The notes: generated by a model from the sequence alone, not told the origin. A stretch of DNA of 64,000 bases from an uncultured Bacteroidales bacterium (GCA_903925275.1 CAIYES010000095.1:11225-75224); one strand, 5' to 3'; positions 11,196-22,291 are shown, numbered from the stretch's first letter. A program made the numbers and translations.

Positions 11196-11203
11196 TAATT
11201 TTG
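11196..11203 (+). promoter_or_regulatory. Candidate -7 promoter box (TAATTTTG) for tRNA-Gln
   Basis: Matches TAnnTTTG and ends 9 nt before the tRNA 5' end. A TTTG at 11180-11183 lies closer than the usual -33 spacing. Confidence 0.35.
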
Positions 11204-11212
11204 CAGTCTGAT

Positions 11213-11285
11213 TGTCCGATGGTGTAACTGGCAACACAAATGATTCTGGATCATTAGAGTCTAGGTTCGACCCCTAGTCGGACAA
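11213..11285 (+). tRNA. tRNA-Gln (anticodon CUG)
   Basis: Hand-folded 73-nt cloverleaf. Acceptor TGTCCGA/TCGGACA with U1-A72, D-stem GTGT/ACAC, anticodon stem AATGA/TCATT with loop TTCTGGA, T-arm CTAGG-TTCGACC-CCTAG. Confidence 0.85.
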
Positions 11286-11288
11286 CAA

Positions 11289-11327
11289 AAATCCCTGTTT
11301 TGCAATTGCATGCAGGGATTTTTTTTA
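11289..11327 (+). terminator. Rho-independent terminator after tRNA-Gln
   Basis: Stem ATCCCTG/CAGGGAT followed by a T8 run. Confidence 0.7.
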
Positions 11328-11374
11328 GTATAGCGTTGAAGCATTATTTATTGTTTTGATCAGGTTGACGTTCC

Positions 11375-13198
11375 TTGGCTGAAAAGCTCATCAAAAGGCT
11401 AGACATGAAAGTCATTTCACAATCAGGATCAGGGATCCGGAATAAGGTTACCGGGAAGAAAAAAACCGGGACAAATACCCCCGGTTTCCAAAAAAGGACA
11501 AACACGCAGAAAGGATTTAATTTTTCGCGCGATTACCTGCTGGCCGGAACCATCGCATTATTTACGCTTCTGCTTTACCTGCATTCGCTGCAGAACGGAT
11601 TTGTTGACTGGGATGATCCTGATTATCTTCGCGATAATCTGGTTGTGCATCAGCTAGGCTGGAAACAATTGGTAGCAATTTTTTCCTCATTCTACAGTGG
11701 AAACTATCACCCTCTTACCACACTTTCCTTTTCACTTGAATATGCTGTAAGCGGTTACCAGTCTGCTGCAATTTATCATTTCGATAATCTTTGTTTGCAC
11801 CTGGTCAATGTCCTTCTTGTCTTTTGGTTTATCCGTAAGATAACTGATAACGCACTGATTGCTCCTTTCGTTGCATTCTTGTTCGGTATCCATCCCATGC
11901 ACGTTGAATCTGTTGCGTGGATTTCTGAACGAAAGGACCTTTTGTATAGTGCCTTTTTTCTGGCTGGTTTGATCAGTTATTGTTATTTTTTAAAAGGCCA
12001 GGGACATGGAACAGCACTGAGAAATAGAAAATTTTATCTGCTTGCTTTACTTTTTTTTCTTTTTTCGCTTTTAGCGAAATCGGCGGCAGCTGTTTTGCCT
12101 TTGGTTTTGTTGCTGATCGATTTTTTACAAAACCGAAGTTTTTCCAAACAACAAATTATTGAGAAGATACCTTTCTTCGCCCTTGCGCTGCTATTTGGTA
12201 TCCTGGCCATACTCTCTCAGGAGTCGGCCATTCAACATGGCGTTGAATTGTCGTTATCTCCAATTGGCCGGTTTTTCACAGTAAACGTTGCTATTGTACG
12301 ATACATGGCGATGCTATTTTATCCTGCCGGATTGTCAGCCTACCACCCCTACCCTATTTTACAAGGAGTGAACCATGGAATTGTAAATTATCTCCCACTG
12401 TTGTTCAATGTGCTCGTTATAGGTGTTGTAATCTATTCATTAAAATATTCGCGGAAATGGGTTTTTGGATTTTTTTTCTTCATTGTCAACATAATCCTTG
12501 TTTTACAAATAATCCCTGTTGGTGGCGCTTTTATAGCAGAACGTTATTCCTACATGGCTTATATAGGCCTTTTTTACATTATCGCCTGCCTTTTTGCAAT
12601 TGCTGAAGAGAAGTTCGGAAAAGTTCTTGCTTTACGGATATTTTTATGGCTTATTTTTTTCCTGTTTTCAACGTTATTTTCTATTACCAGTTATCAGCGT
12701 ATCCGTGTCTGGAATAATTCTTTGGCGCTTTTTGATGATGTTGTTAGAAAGTATCCGGACAATTTTTTGGCATACAATCTAAGGGCTTCTGCCCGGAAAG
12801 ATAAGGATGTTGTAGGTGCAATTGAGGATTATTCGAAGTCTGTAGCCCTGAATCCAAAAAATCCAAGAGCGTTTAACAACCGGGGAAATATTTATTCGGC
12901 TAGTGGAAAATACCGGGAAGCACTTGAGGATTATAATGCCGCGCTAAAATTTGATTCAACACTTACGGAAGCATTCAACAATAGAGGAGCAATAAAAGCC
13001 ATTTTTGGCGATCTGAACGGAGCACTTTCAGATATTAATAAAGCAATAATGCTAAAACCGGAATCAAAAGATGCCTACAGGAACAGGGGACTGGTACGGT
13101 TACAATTGCATGACCTTTCCCTGGCCAGAGATGACTGGAGAAAGGCAGCAGCGTTGGGAGATGAACTTTCAGTAAAATTGCTGAATCGTTATAAGTAA
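11375..13198 (+). CDS. PMT/TMTC-like polytopic membrane glycosyltransferase-family protein with C-terminal TPR repeats
   Basis: About 10 TM helices with an early DWDD motif, then about 4 TPR units (AFNNRGNIY, AFNNRGAIK, AYRNRGLV). The TTG at 11375 or the ATG at 11405 could be the start. Confidence 0.65.
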   Translation: MAEKLIKRLDMKVISQSGSGIRNKVTGKKKTGTNTPGFQKRTNTQKGFNFSRDYLLAGTIALFTLLLYLHSLQNGFVDWDDPDYLRDNLVVHQLGWKQLVAIFSSFYSGNYHPLTTLSFSLEYAVSGYQSAAIYHFDNLCLHLVNVLLVFWFIRKITDNALIAPFVAFLFGIHPMHVESVAWISERKDLLYSAFFLAGLISYCYFLKGQGHGTALRNRKFYLLALLFFLFSLLAKSAAAVLPLVLLLIDFLQNRSFSKQQIIEKIPFFALALLFGILAILSQESAIQHGVELSLSPIGRFFTVNVAIVRYMAMLFYPAGLSAYHPYPILQGVNHGIVNYLPLLFNVLVIGVVIYSLKYSRKWVFGFFFFIVNIILVLQIIPVGGAFIAERYSYMAYIGLFYIIACLFAIAEEKFGKVLALRIFLWLIFFLFSTLFSITSYQRIRVWNNSLALFDDVVRKYPDNFLAYNLRASARKDKDVVGAIEDYSKSVALNPKNPRAFNNRGNIYSASGKYREALEDYNAALKFDSTLTEAFNNRGAIKAIFGDLNGALSDINKAIMLKPESKDAYRNRGLVRLQLHDLSLARDDWRKAAALGDELSVKLLNRYK

Positions 13199-13258
13199 AT
13201 AGATAAAAACGTTTTCCGGGGCAGATTAGGCTTATCAGGAAGGTTTCGCTAAAATTTT

Positions 13259-14803
13259 TTATTTTGTCTGCAGATGGGCTAAGCTCTCAAGTCCAAGCCT
13301 TATCCTTGTCAGGAACTCTTCCTTCCCCAAAACATCCGCCAGATCCATCATCCCTGGACCCTGATTTGAACCAACCATCAGAAGACGCAGAGGATTCATT
13401 AGTAGCCCTGTCTTGATTCCTGTTCTCTGGGTATATTCCTGAATCAGCGTATGAAAAGTATCTTTGTTTAAAACAGTGAGCGTTTCTATTTCGTTTGCAA
13501 TTTCCGTAACCAAACTGTTCGTTCCGGATTGCCAGATTTTTTGGTAAACCTGGGAATCAAAATGAACTGGACGCATAAAGAAATACCAGGAATTACTCCA
13601 TAAATCAGGAACCAGAAACGCACGCTCTTTTACTAGGTGGATAACTTTACTCAGCATTTCAGGTAATGGTAAAACACCATTTTTATCGAGCCATGGTTTT
13701 AGAAGGAGAGAAAGTTCCTCATCGGTTTTTCTTTGCAGATATTGATGATTGAACCACTTTGCTTTTTCTGGATCAAACTTTGAACCGTGTTTGCCGACTC
13801 TTTCCAAAGAAAATTGTTGAATTAGATCATTCATTGAAAAAAGCTCTTGTTCTGTTCCTGGATTCCAGCCAAGATGTGCAAGTATATTGATAACAGCCTC
13901 AGGTAAATAGCCTGATTCGCGGTAACCGGAAAATATTTCTCCGGTTTTTGGGTCGGTCCAGGCCGTCGGAAATACTGGAAATCCCATTCTGTCACCATCC
14001 CGTTTGCTTAATTTTCCGTTTCCATCAGGTTTCAATATTAAGGGAAGATGCGCAAACTGAGGCATGATATCTTCCCATCCGAAAAAACGATACAGGAGTA
14101 CATGAAGAGGTGCAGAAGGAAGCCATTCTTCCCCACGAATTACATGTGTAATCTTCATCAGATAATCATCCACCACATTTGCTAAATGGTAGGTTGGTAA
14201 GCCGTCGGATTTAAAAAGAACTTTATCATCAAGATTTGAGGTGTTTACTACTACCTCTCCCCTGATCAGGTCGTGCACGACAACTGTTTCATTTTCAGGT
14301 ATTTTTATCCGTATTACATAGGGAGTCTTGGAATCAAGCAAAGACTTGAATGTTTCTTCTGAAAGTGCAAGAGAATTCTGTAAATATTGCCGTGTTTGAA
14401 AATTATATTGAAAGAGTGTCCCCCCGGCAGATTTCGATTTTTCACGGAGGGATTCCAATTCGGATTCAGTATCAAATGCGTAATACGCATGACCTGTGGC
14501 AATGAGTTGGTGTATATATTCTTTGTAAAATTCGGAGCGCTCTGACTGGCGGTAAGGTGCGAAGGGACCCCCCTTTTGCGGGCTCTCATCGAATTCAAGG
14601 CCGCACCAGCCTAAAGAGTCCACGATATATTTTTCTGCCCCTGTGATAAACCTGTTCTGATCGGTATCTTCAATGCGTAGAATCAGCGTTCCGCCTTGCT
14701 TCCGTGCAAATAGAAAATTATAAAGAGCTGTCCTGACTCCTCCAATATGAAGTGGACCTGTCGGACTTGGTGCGAACCTCACACGAATATTTTCTTTTTT
14801 CAT
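13259..14803 (-). CDS. gltX: Glutamyl-tRNA synthetase
   Basis: RFAPSPTGPLHIGGVRTALYN (HIGH), RIEDTD and KLSKRD (KMSKS) motifs. Confidence 0.95.
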   Translation of the reverse strand: MKKENIRVRFAPSPTGPLHIGGVRTALYNFLFARKQGGTLILRIEDTDQNRFITGAEKYIVDSLGWCGLEFDESPQKGGPFAPYRQSERSEFYKEYIHQLIATGHAYYAFDTESELESLREKSKSAGGTLFQYNFQTRQYLQNSLALSEETFKSLLDSKTPYVIRIKIPENETVVVHDLIRGEVVVNTSNLDDKVLFKSDGLPTYHLANVVDDYLMKITHVIRGEEWLPSAPLHVLLYRFFGWEDIMPQFAHLPLILKPDGNGKLSKRDGDRMGFPVFPTAWTDPKTGEIFSGYRESGYLPEAVINILAHLGWNPGTEQELFSMNDLIQQFSLERVGKHGSKFDPEKAKWFNHQYLQRKTDEELSLLLKPWLDKNGVLPLPEMLSKVIHLVKERAFLVPDLWSNSWYFFMRPVHFDSQVYQKIWQSGTNSLVTEIANEIETLTVLNKDTFHTLIQEYTQRTGIKTGLLMNPLRLLMVGSNQGPGMMDLADVLGKEEFLTRIRLGLESLAHLQTK

Positions 14804-15044
14804 TTTTAAAGTATTCTATGCAAAATTAAGCTATTAAGTACTCCAAAAATATCATGTGGCGCTATTTAGTACTTTTGCAATAGGATACTAAATTTTTTTA
14901 CCGACGTTATCAATTTATTAATAGTTTAACTTGTATAGCGCAAGTAATTTTTTTTAGAATTTACCTCCAATTTATTTTATCAATATTTTCTGGATATTGC
15001 TATAATGGATATTTTGAAATGAAAACGAAATAGGACTGTATAAA

Positions 15045-18000
15045 ATGACCAGTGACCACCTACTTATTATAAAGCTTGATGACTTTATTAGGAAATATTA
15101 TAAAAACCGTCTGATCAGAGGAATAGTAGGATTTTTTACTGTTATTCCGGCATTTTATATATTTCTGGTAATACTGGAATATTTCTTCCATTTTAATCAA
15201 TTTTTGAGAACAGTTTTGTTTTTTTCATTTTCGGGATTTTCAATCTTTTTGTTTGTTAGAGTGGTATTGGTGCCACTTTTGCAGCTATATAAAATCGGGA
15301 AAATTATTACACATGACAAAGCTGCGCAAATAGTTGGACAACATTTTTCAGATATTCAGGACAAACTCCTAAATACATTGCAGTTGATAAAGCAAAAGGG
15401 AATGGTTGACCCTTACTCTGATTTGCTTACAGCTAGTATTGAACAGAAAACAAAAAGCAATGAAAGTTTTCAGATTCAGTGTCGCTATCGATTTCAGAAA
15501 AAACTTACGGTATCTGCGCTTTGCAATACTTCCAATTTCACTTATTCTGTTTATTATAATAATAGCGCCAAATATTATTTCTGAACCTACCAGTCGTATT
15601 GTTCATTTTAACCATGTTTTTGTTGTACCCCCGCCATTTAAAATCGAATTTCTGAATAAAAGCTGGACAACCCTGCAGCAAGAGGATTTTGAACTGAAAA
15701 TTAAAGTAACAGGAGAAGAAATTCCATCTGAAATTTATGTAAAAACAAAGGATTTTGCTGTAAAAATGTGCAAGGGTCAAAGATTTGCATTTTCACATCT
15801 GTTCAAATCACTTCAGAAAAATGTATATTTTAAGTTAGTGGCAGGCGACTATCAGTCGGAGGAATATGAAATTATCGTAAACCCCAAGCCCATCATTCTT
15901 AATTTTGACGTTTTTTTAAAATATCCAATATATATTAATAAGGTTGATGAAAAAGTTGAAAATCTTGGAGATTTTACTATTCCGGAAGGTACAGTGATGA
16001 CATGGAATTTTCATACCAAGGATGTTAGCTCTCTTAGGTTAAGGTTTGATAGTGTTGACATTTTATTATCAAACGCTATCAATCAAAAATTTTCCTATTC
16101 CCAAAAGATCTCAAAATCTTTAAATTATTGTATTTCACCAATAAATGTAAACGTATCTATTCCGGATTCTCTTACTTATCGGATAAGTGTTATACCTGAT
16201 GGATATCCGTCAGTGTTTATTAATGAATCTGCAGACTCAACAATTATTTCAAGCATTTTCTTTAAAGGTACGATTAAGGATGATTACGGTTTTTCCAAAC
16301 TAACTTTTAATTATGGACTTTTTTCAAAGGAAGATTCAATAGTTTCGCCATACAAGGCTGAAAGTGTTATGATTGATAATTCGATAAATAATCAGGTGTT
16401 TTACTTTTCTGCTGATTTAACTAAACTTATGGTTATAAATGGTCAGCATATGAATTATTACTTTGAAGTCTGGGATAATGATGGAATACATGGACCAAAA
16501 TCGGCAAGATCTGAAATGAAAACTATTTCAACACCAACGATTGATGAAATTTCCATACTTACATCAGAGAATGAACAATCAATTAACAAGTTTCTTGAAA
16601 AGAGCATTTCTACTTCGAAAGGGATGACGAAAACAATGGAAAATTTGAGTAAACAGTTAATCGACAAAAACACTTTATCCTGGCAAGAAAAAATGAAAAT
16701 CGAGGATTTGATAAAAGCAAATCGGGATATAGAAGATAAAGTGCAGCAAATCAGAAAGAAAAATGAAAATAATATACTAAACGAAGAGAAATTCCTGAAA
16801 ACGAGTGAACGCATCATAGAAAAACAAAAGCAATTAACTGACTTAATGGAGCAGTTGCTTTCAGAAGAGATGAAAAAAATGGTAAAAGAGATGAAAGATC
16901 TTTTGAATCAGATTGATAAAACAAAACTGGGCAACATGCTGGAGAAGATGAAGTTATTAAATGAAGATCTTGAAAATCAATTAGACAGAAACCTGGCTCT
17001 GATGAAGCAAATCGAATTCGAAAGAATATTAGAGGAATTGGTTAAAGATATTCGAAGTAATGCTGATAACCTGGAATCGCTTGCAAAGGAAACAGATAAT
17101 CAACGTAAGGATAAGGAGGTACTACTACAAAATCAGGAGTCAATTAAAAAGATAGCAGACACCCTGGCAAAGAAAGCAACCTCACTGGAAAAACAAGGAA
17201 AGGAACTGGAAACACCCACTGATATAGGAAATAATAAAAATCTGGAGGATAGTATTGGAAGGAATCTCGCTGAAAGTAAGCAAAAATTAGGAGAAGACAG
17301 AAAAAAGGAGGCTGCGGAGGCACAAAGGAAAGCAGCAAAGCAAATGAAGGAAATGGCGCAGCAAATGGAAGATTCCCAGGAGGAAAGTGAGGATGATCAG
17401 TTAGGAGAGGACGCTTCAAATATTAGAATGATAGTAGAAAATTTGTTGCGCCTTTCATTTGAGCAGGAAGATCTGATTGCAAATACACGTGTCGTCACAA
17501 ACACCGATCCAAAGTACAATGAGATTATTTTGAAACAAAAGGAACTGAGTGAGAAATTGGTGGCTGTAGAAGATTCATTATATGCAATTGCCAAACGGCA
17601 AATTATGATTAAACCAATTGTTTCTAAAGAAATATCAGCAGTAAATCAAAACATCGAATTATCACTTGAGGCTATGAAGATCCATAATATAAATATGGCG
17701 GTAGCAAAACAACAATACGCTATGACCTCCTTAAATAATCTGGCCATCTTGCTTAATGAGTCACTTGAACAGATGAATGAGCAAAAATCGATGAATATGA
17801 AAACTAAAGGAGGAAAGAAATCTTGTCAAAAGCCTACAACAAAAGGGGGAAAAATGTCGGCCAAAGACATGAAGGATTTACAGCAAAAGATTGGAAAACA
17901 ACTTGAAAAGTTAAAGTCCGGGATAGAAGAAGCGAAGAAACAAGGGCTGGGAAAAATGCAGGATAAAAGTGGTATGAATAAAGAAATTGCTAAGCTGGCA

Positions 18001-18399
18001 GCTCAACAGGAAGCCTTGCGTAATCAATTACAAAGTTATCAGGATCAAATGAGTACAAAAAATGCCCAGAATCAGAGTAATTTGAACGAGGTTTCTAAAG
18101 AGATGGAACAAATGGAGAGAGATTTAATAAATAAGAATATTACCCGGGAAACATTTCTACGGCAACAAAATATTGTAACCCGTTTATTAGAGTCTGAAAA
18201 CGCCGAGCAAACAAGGGATCAGGAAGAAAAAAGAGAGGCAACAGAAGCAAAAAATCAAAAAATTGGTAACCCTGGACAAAATTTTCAGTATAACAAGATG
18301 AAGAAAACGAGTTTAGACAACATTCAATTGGTTTTACCGGTCTTAAATTCGTTTTATAAACGTAAAGTTAACAGTTATAGTGTTAAAATTGGACAATGA
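15045..18399 (+). pseudogene. Large membrane-anchored coiled-coil protein (DUF4175-like by recollection), split over two frames by an apparent 1-nt frameshift near 15447-15456
   Basis: ORFs 15045-15584 and 15406-18399 overlap in different frames. Continuity is restored at the A-runs in cagaaaacaaaaagc (IEQKTK then AMKVFRFSVAIDF). The C-terminal half is K/E/Q-rich coiled coil. Confidence 0.55.
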
Positions 18400-18400
18400 T

Positions 18401-18886
18401 ATGAAACACGATGTCAGAGATCTGGTAATAACCGGACATAAAGAAATTACCAAGATTGAAAAATTTGTCGAGGAAATTTGTGACTTTTATAATGTAAACA
18501 ATGACTATTTTGGGAATATTTTATTGGCTACAACTGAAGCAGCTGAAATTTTATTTTCCCTCAATGAATCTTTTGAAATCGATAAGCTGGGAATTAGTTT
18601 CGAACGAACCAGAAAAGGCATGGTTTTCAAAATTAAACTTGTTAATGATTCAAAATTGGAAGTTATTGAAGAAGATTTGCTTGAAAGAGAAATCAGACGT
18701 CATAAATTGTCAAAAGAGATATTTATTATAAAAGCATTAACAGATGAAATTACCATATCTGTTAATGCGAAAAGTATTATTCTGGTGTTTTATATTTCAA
18801 GCATGAATTATGAAAAATCCCTCTATAGAATAAATCAATTGAAAGAATACTGGATAAAAATGGAAAATGTAATTCAAAAAAAGTGA
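18401..18886 (+). CDS. Hypothetical protein; weak resemblance to SpoIIAB-like anti-sigma ATPase-fold proteins
   Basis: The ATG at 18401 lies just after the upstream stop. The gene is tightly packed before ybeY, and no diagnostic motif was recognized. Confidence 0.4.
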   Translation: MKHDVRDLVITGHKEITKIEKFVEEICDFYNVNNDYFGNILLATTEAAEILFSLNESFEIDKLGISFERTRKGMVFKIKLVNDSKLEVIEEDLLEREIRRHKLSKEIFIIKALTDEITISVNAKSIILVFYISSMNYEKSLYRINQLKEYWIKMENVIQKK

Positions 18887-19311
18887 GTGAAAGCATAAAT
18901 TTTTTCAAAGATTCCACGAAGTTCAAACTAGAAAAACGAAGAGAACTCAGGAAGTGGATCAACAATGTTGTGAATTCAGAGAAATGTAATATTGAATGGA
19001 TCAACTTTGTTTTTTGCGATGATAGAATTCTGGCAGATATGAATATTAAATATTTGAATCATAATACTCTGACAGATATTCTAACTTTTTCATTTAGTAA
19101 TAGTGGAGAAAATATTAGTGGAGAGATATACATAAGTGTTCAAAGAGTTAGGGAAAACGCGTCAAATTATAAAGTCACGTTTGAAAAGGAACTGCACAGA
19201 GTGATGATTCATGGAATTCTTCATTTATTAGGATATAAAGATTCTACAAAAACCGAAAAAGATATCATGAGACAGAAGGAAAATTTTTATTTGTCTTATC
19301 TATTTCAATAG
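18883..19311 (+). CDS. ybeY: rRNA maturation endoribonuclease YbeY
   Basis: Zinc-binding motif HRVMIHGILHLLGYKD (HxxxHxxxxxH) in a ~140-aa protein. Confidence 0.9.
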   Translation: MSESINFFKDSTKFKLEKRRELRKWINNVVNSEKCNIEWINFVFCDDRILADMNIKYLNHNTLTDILTFSFSNSGENISGEIYISVQRVRENASNYKVTFEKELHRVMIHGILHLLGYKDSTKTEKDIMRQKENFYLSYLFQ

Positions 19312-19477
19312 ATCGTGCAAAATATCCTTCTTACAATAGTTTTATAATGCCCAGGGTTTTTTAATGTTTTAGCGATATCATTTATTTTATTTTTAGGCTA
19401 TTATAGAATTTAGAGTTCTTATGGAATTATTTATAATACCGTTTTAGATTTGCCAGGATATCAAAGTACAAAGTCAT

Positions 19478-19493
19478 TGTTTCACGTGAAACA
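19478..19493. promoter_or_regulatory. Perfect 16-bp palindrome TGTTTCACGTGAAACA in the mnmG leader; related copy at 21374-21389
   Basis: Read directly from the sequence. It ends 11 nt before the mnmG ATG. A TAGATTTG -7-like box lies at 19445-19452. Confidence 0.3.
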
Positions 19494-19504
19494 TTAAAAA
19501 TCTG

Positions 19505-21373
19505 ATGAGGAAATATGACATTATTGTGGTAGGAGCAGGTCATGCAGGTTGTGAAGCGGCAGCAGCTGCGGCAAATCTGGGATCTAAGGTTTTGTTGATA
19601 ACCATGAATATGTCGAACATGGCTCAAATGTCTTGTAACCCATCAATGGGAGGAATAGCAAAAGGGCAGATAGTGCGTGAAATTGATGCTTTGGGAGGAT
19701 ATTCCGGAATTGTAACTGACCGAACAATGATTCAGTTCAGAATGCTAAATCGTTCGAAGGGACCGGCAATGTGGAGCCCACGGGCTCAAAATGACAGGGT
19801 TTTATTTTCTGTCGAATGGCGCAACATGTTGGAGTGTACCGAGGGGGTAGATTTTTGGCAAGATACAGCAACAGAGATTTTGGTAAAGAAGGATAAAGTT
19901 GTTGGCATAAAAACAGGATTAGGTTTAGTTTTTAATTGCAACGCCATAATTCTGGCAAATGGCACATTTTTAAATGGAATTATATATATTGGTGAGAAGC
20001 AGTTTTCTGGAGGTAGAATCGGAGAACGGGCAGTTAAAAATTTGACAGAACAGTTAATAGGTTTAGGATTTGTTTCAACTAGAATGAAAACCGGAACACC
20101 TGTCAGGGTTGATGGAAGATCACTTGATTTTAAGAAAATGACCGAACAACCCGGTGATGAATACCCGGGGAAGTTTTCCTATACGAATACTCCGAGTTTA
20201 AAAAAACAAAGAAGTTGTTTTATTACATACACAAGTAACGAGGTTCATGATATTTTGAGGACTGGTTTTGACAAATCTCCAATGTTTTCGGGAAGGATAA
20301 TCGGGAAAGGACCTAGATATTGTCCTTCCATCGAGGATAAGATTGACAGGTTTGCTACAAAAGAACGTCATCAGCTTTTTATTGAACCTGAAGGTTGGAA
20401 TACTGTTGAATATTATGTGAACGGGTTTTCCTCTTCTCTTCCGGAAGAAATACAATTCAAAGCGCTTAGAAAAGTTAAAGGATTTGAAAAAGCCAAATTT
20501 TTCAGACCTGGGTATGCTATAGAATATGATTATTTTCCCCCTAATCAATTACATTTTACGCTAGAAACAAAAATTATCGAAGGATTGTATTTTGCAGGGC
20601 AAATAAATGGAACAACTGGATATGAAGAGGCTGCTGCACAGGGTCTGATGGCAGGAATCAATGCTCATAACAAATTAAGGAAGGAACCTGGTTTTGTATT
20701 AAAACGATCTGATGCGTACATAGGGGTTTTAATTGACGATTTGGTCACAAAAGGAACAGAAGAACCATATAGAATGTTTACATCAAGAGCTGAATACAGG
20801 GTACTTCTAAGGCAAGACAATGCTGACCAGCGGTTAACCAAGTTCTCCTGCAATCTTGGTTTGGCTTCAGCAGAGAGGTTGAAAAATGTATTAGAAAAGT
20901 ATAAGAAGATCGATAAGTTGATAAAATTCATTCAGGAGGAAAGTATCATGCCATTGCAGATTAATACCTTGCTAGCTGAAAAAATGACAGATCCGATAAA
21001 CCAGAAATATAAAATGTCGTCAATTTTACTCCGGCCCCAGATATTTTTAAAGGATATTATTGGACATATTGATTCTGTCAGAGATTTTTTTATTGATAAT
21101 GATTTACTCCAAGATGAGATAATTGAAGAAGCGGAGATTAAAATTAAGTACGAGAGCTATATTATAAAAGAACAGGCATTAGCGGATAAAATGTCACACC
21201 TTGAATATCTTTCTTTGGCAGGTGTCACGGACTATTCAAAAATTACCTCTTTGTCGTATGAAGCCCGGGAAAAACTATCAAAAGTTAAACCAGAAACAAT
21301 CGGACAAGCATCCAGGATCAGCGGTGTTTCGCCAGCGGACATATCCGTGCTTATTGTCTACATTGGTCGATGA
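19505..21373 (+). CDS. mnmG: tRNA uridine 5-carboxymethylaminomethyl modification enzyme MnmG (GidA)
   Basis: FAD-binding motif DIIVVGAGHAGCEAA and full-length 622-aa MnmG pattern. Confidence 0.95.
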   Translation: MRKYDIIVVGAGHAGCEAAAAAANLGSKVLLITMNMSNMAQMSCNPSMGGIAKGQIVREIDALGGYSGIVTDRTMIQFRMLNRSKGPAMWSPRAQNDRVLFSVEWRNMLECTEGVDFWQDTATEILVKKDKVVGIKTGLGLVFNCNAIILANGTFLNGIIYIGEKQFSGGRIGERAVKNLTEQLIGLGFVSTRMKTGTPVRVDGRSLDFKKMTEQPGDEYPGKFSYTNTPSLKKQRSCFITYTSNEVHDILRTGFDKSPMFSGRIIGKGPRYCPSIEDKIDRFATKERHQLFIEPEGWNTVEYYVNGFSSSLPEEIQFKALRKVKGFEKAKFFRPGYAIEYDYFPPNQLHFTLETKIIEGLYFAGQINGTTGYEEAAAQGLMAGINAHNKLRKEPGFVLKRSDAYIGVLIDDLVTKGTEEPYRMFTSRAEYRVLLRQDNADQRLTKFSCNLGLASAERLKNVLEKYKKIDKLIKFIQEESIMPLQINTLLAEKMTDPINQKYKMSSILLRPQIFLKDIIGHIDSVRDFFIDNDLLQDEIIEEAEIKIKYESYIIKEQALADKMSHLEYLSLAGVTDYSKITSLSYEAREKLSKVKPETIGQASRISGVSPADISVLIVYIGR

Positions 21374-21397
21374 TGTTCCACGTGAAATATAATCAAA

Positions 21398-22291
21398 ATG
21401 GAGGAAATAATTTTTTGCTGTCCCGTTTGTGGTAAAAAAGAATTCTCTGATTACTTGGAGGTTCAGGATCATTTTTTATCAAAGGAACATTTTTTAATTC
21501 AGAAATGCAATTTTTGTGGATTCAGATTTATAAATCCACGACCTGCCAAATCAGAAATTGGACGATATTATCAGTCGGATGAATACATTTCTCATGGAGT
21601 AAAAAAAAATGATTTTTTAAGTAGAATATACGGCCTAGCTCGTTTTTTTTCTATTAAAAACAAGTTCATGGTTGTAAAAAAATATGGTCATTCGGGAAAA
21701 CTTCTCGATGTTGGCTGCGGTACTGGTGAATTTCTTTCATATTGCCATAAAAACGGTTGGGAAGTTTCAGGTGTGGAGCCTAATGAAAAAGCAAGGAAAT
21801 ATGCTCAAACCAAGAATAATATTTCAGTGACCGACCAGCTAAGTTTATTGAATGACCATTCGGGCTTATTTAGTTGTATTACAATGTGGCATGTATTGGA
21901 ACATGTTCATGATCTGGATGAGACCCTGGAAACAGTAAAAAATCTTTTAACTCCGGATGGAGTTTTCGTTGCAGCTGTTCCCAACAGCAATTCTTGGGAT
22001 GCATTGAAGTATCAGGGTTATTGGGCTGCTTATGATGTTCCACGACATCTGTATCATTTTACCGAAGTTACCATGCATACTTTGGCTGCAAGGAAAGGGT
22101 TTGAGGTATTGGAAACCATCCCTCAAAAACTCGATGCTTATTATGTTTCAATGTTAAGTGAAAAGTACCTTACCGGTAGAGCAAATTATCTTAAATCTCT
22201 TATTTATGGAATTTGGTCAAATTGCAAGGCGAAAAAGAAAGGCATGGGGTATTCGAGCATTATTTTTATCCTTTCATTAAAAAGAAGGTGA
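21398..22291 (+). CDS. Class I SAM-dependent methyltransferase with an N-terminal zinc ribbon
   Basis: CPVCG...CNFCG zinc ribbon and SAM motif I LLDVGCGTGEF. Confidence 0.75.
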   Translation: MEEIIFCCPVCGKKEFSDYLEVQDHFLSKEHFLIQKCNFCGFRFINPRPAKSEIGRYYQSDEYISHGVKKNDFLSRIYGLARFFSIKNKFMVVKKYGHSGKLLDVGCGTGEFLSYCHKNGWEVSGVEPNEKARKYAQTKNNISVTDQLSLLNDHSGLFSCITMWHVLEHVHDLDETLETVKNLLTPDGVFVAAVPNSNSWDALKYQGYWAAYDVPRHLYHFTEVTMHTLAARKGFEVLETIPQKLDAYYVSMLSEKYLTGRANYLKSLIYGIWSNCKAKKKGMGYSSIIFILSLKRR

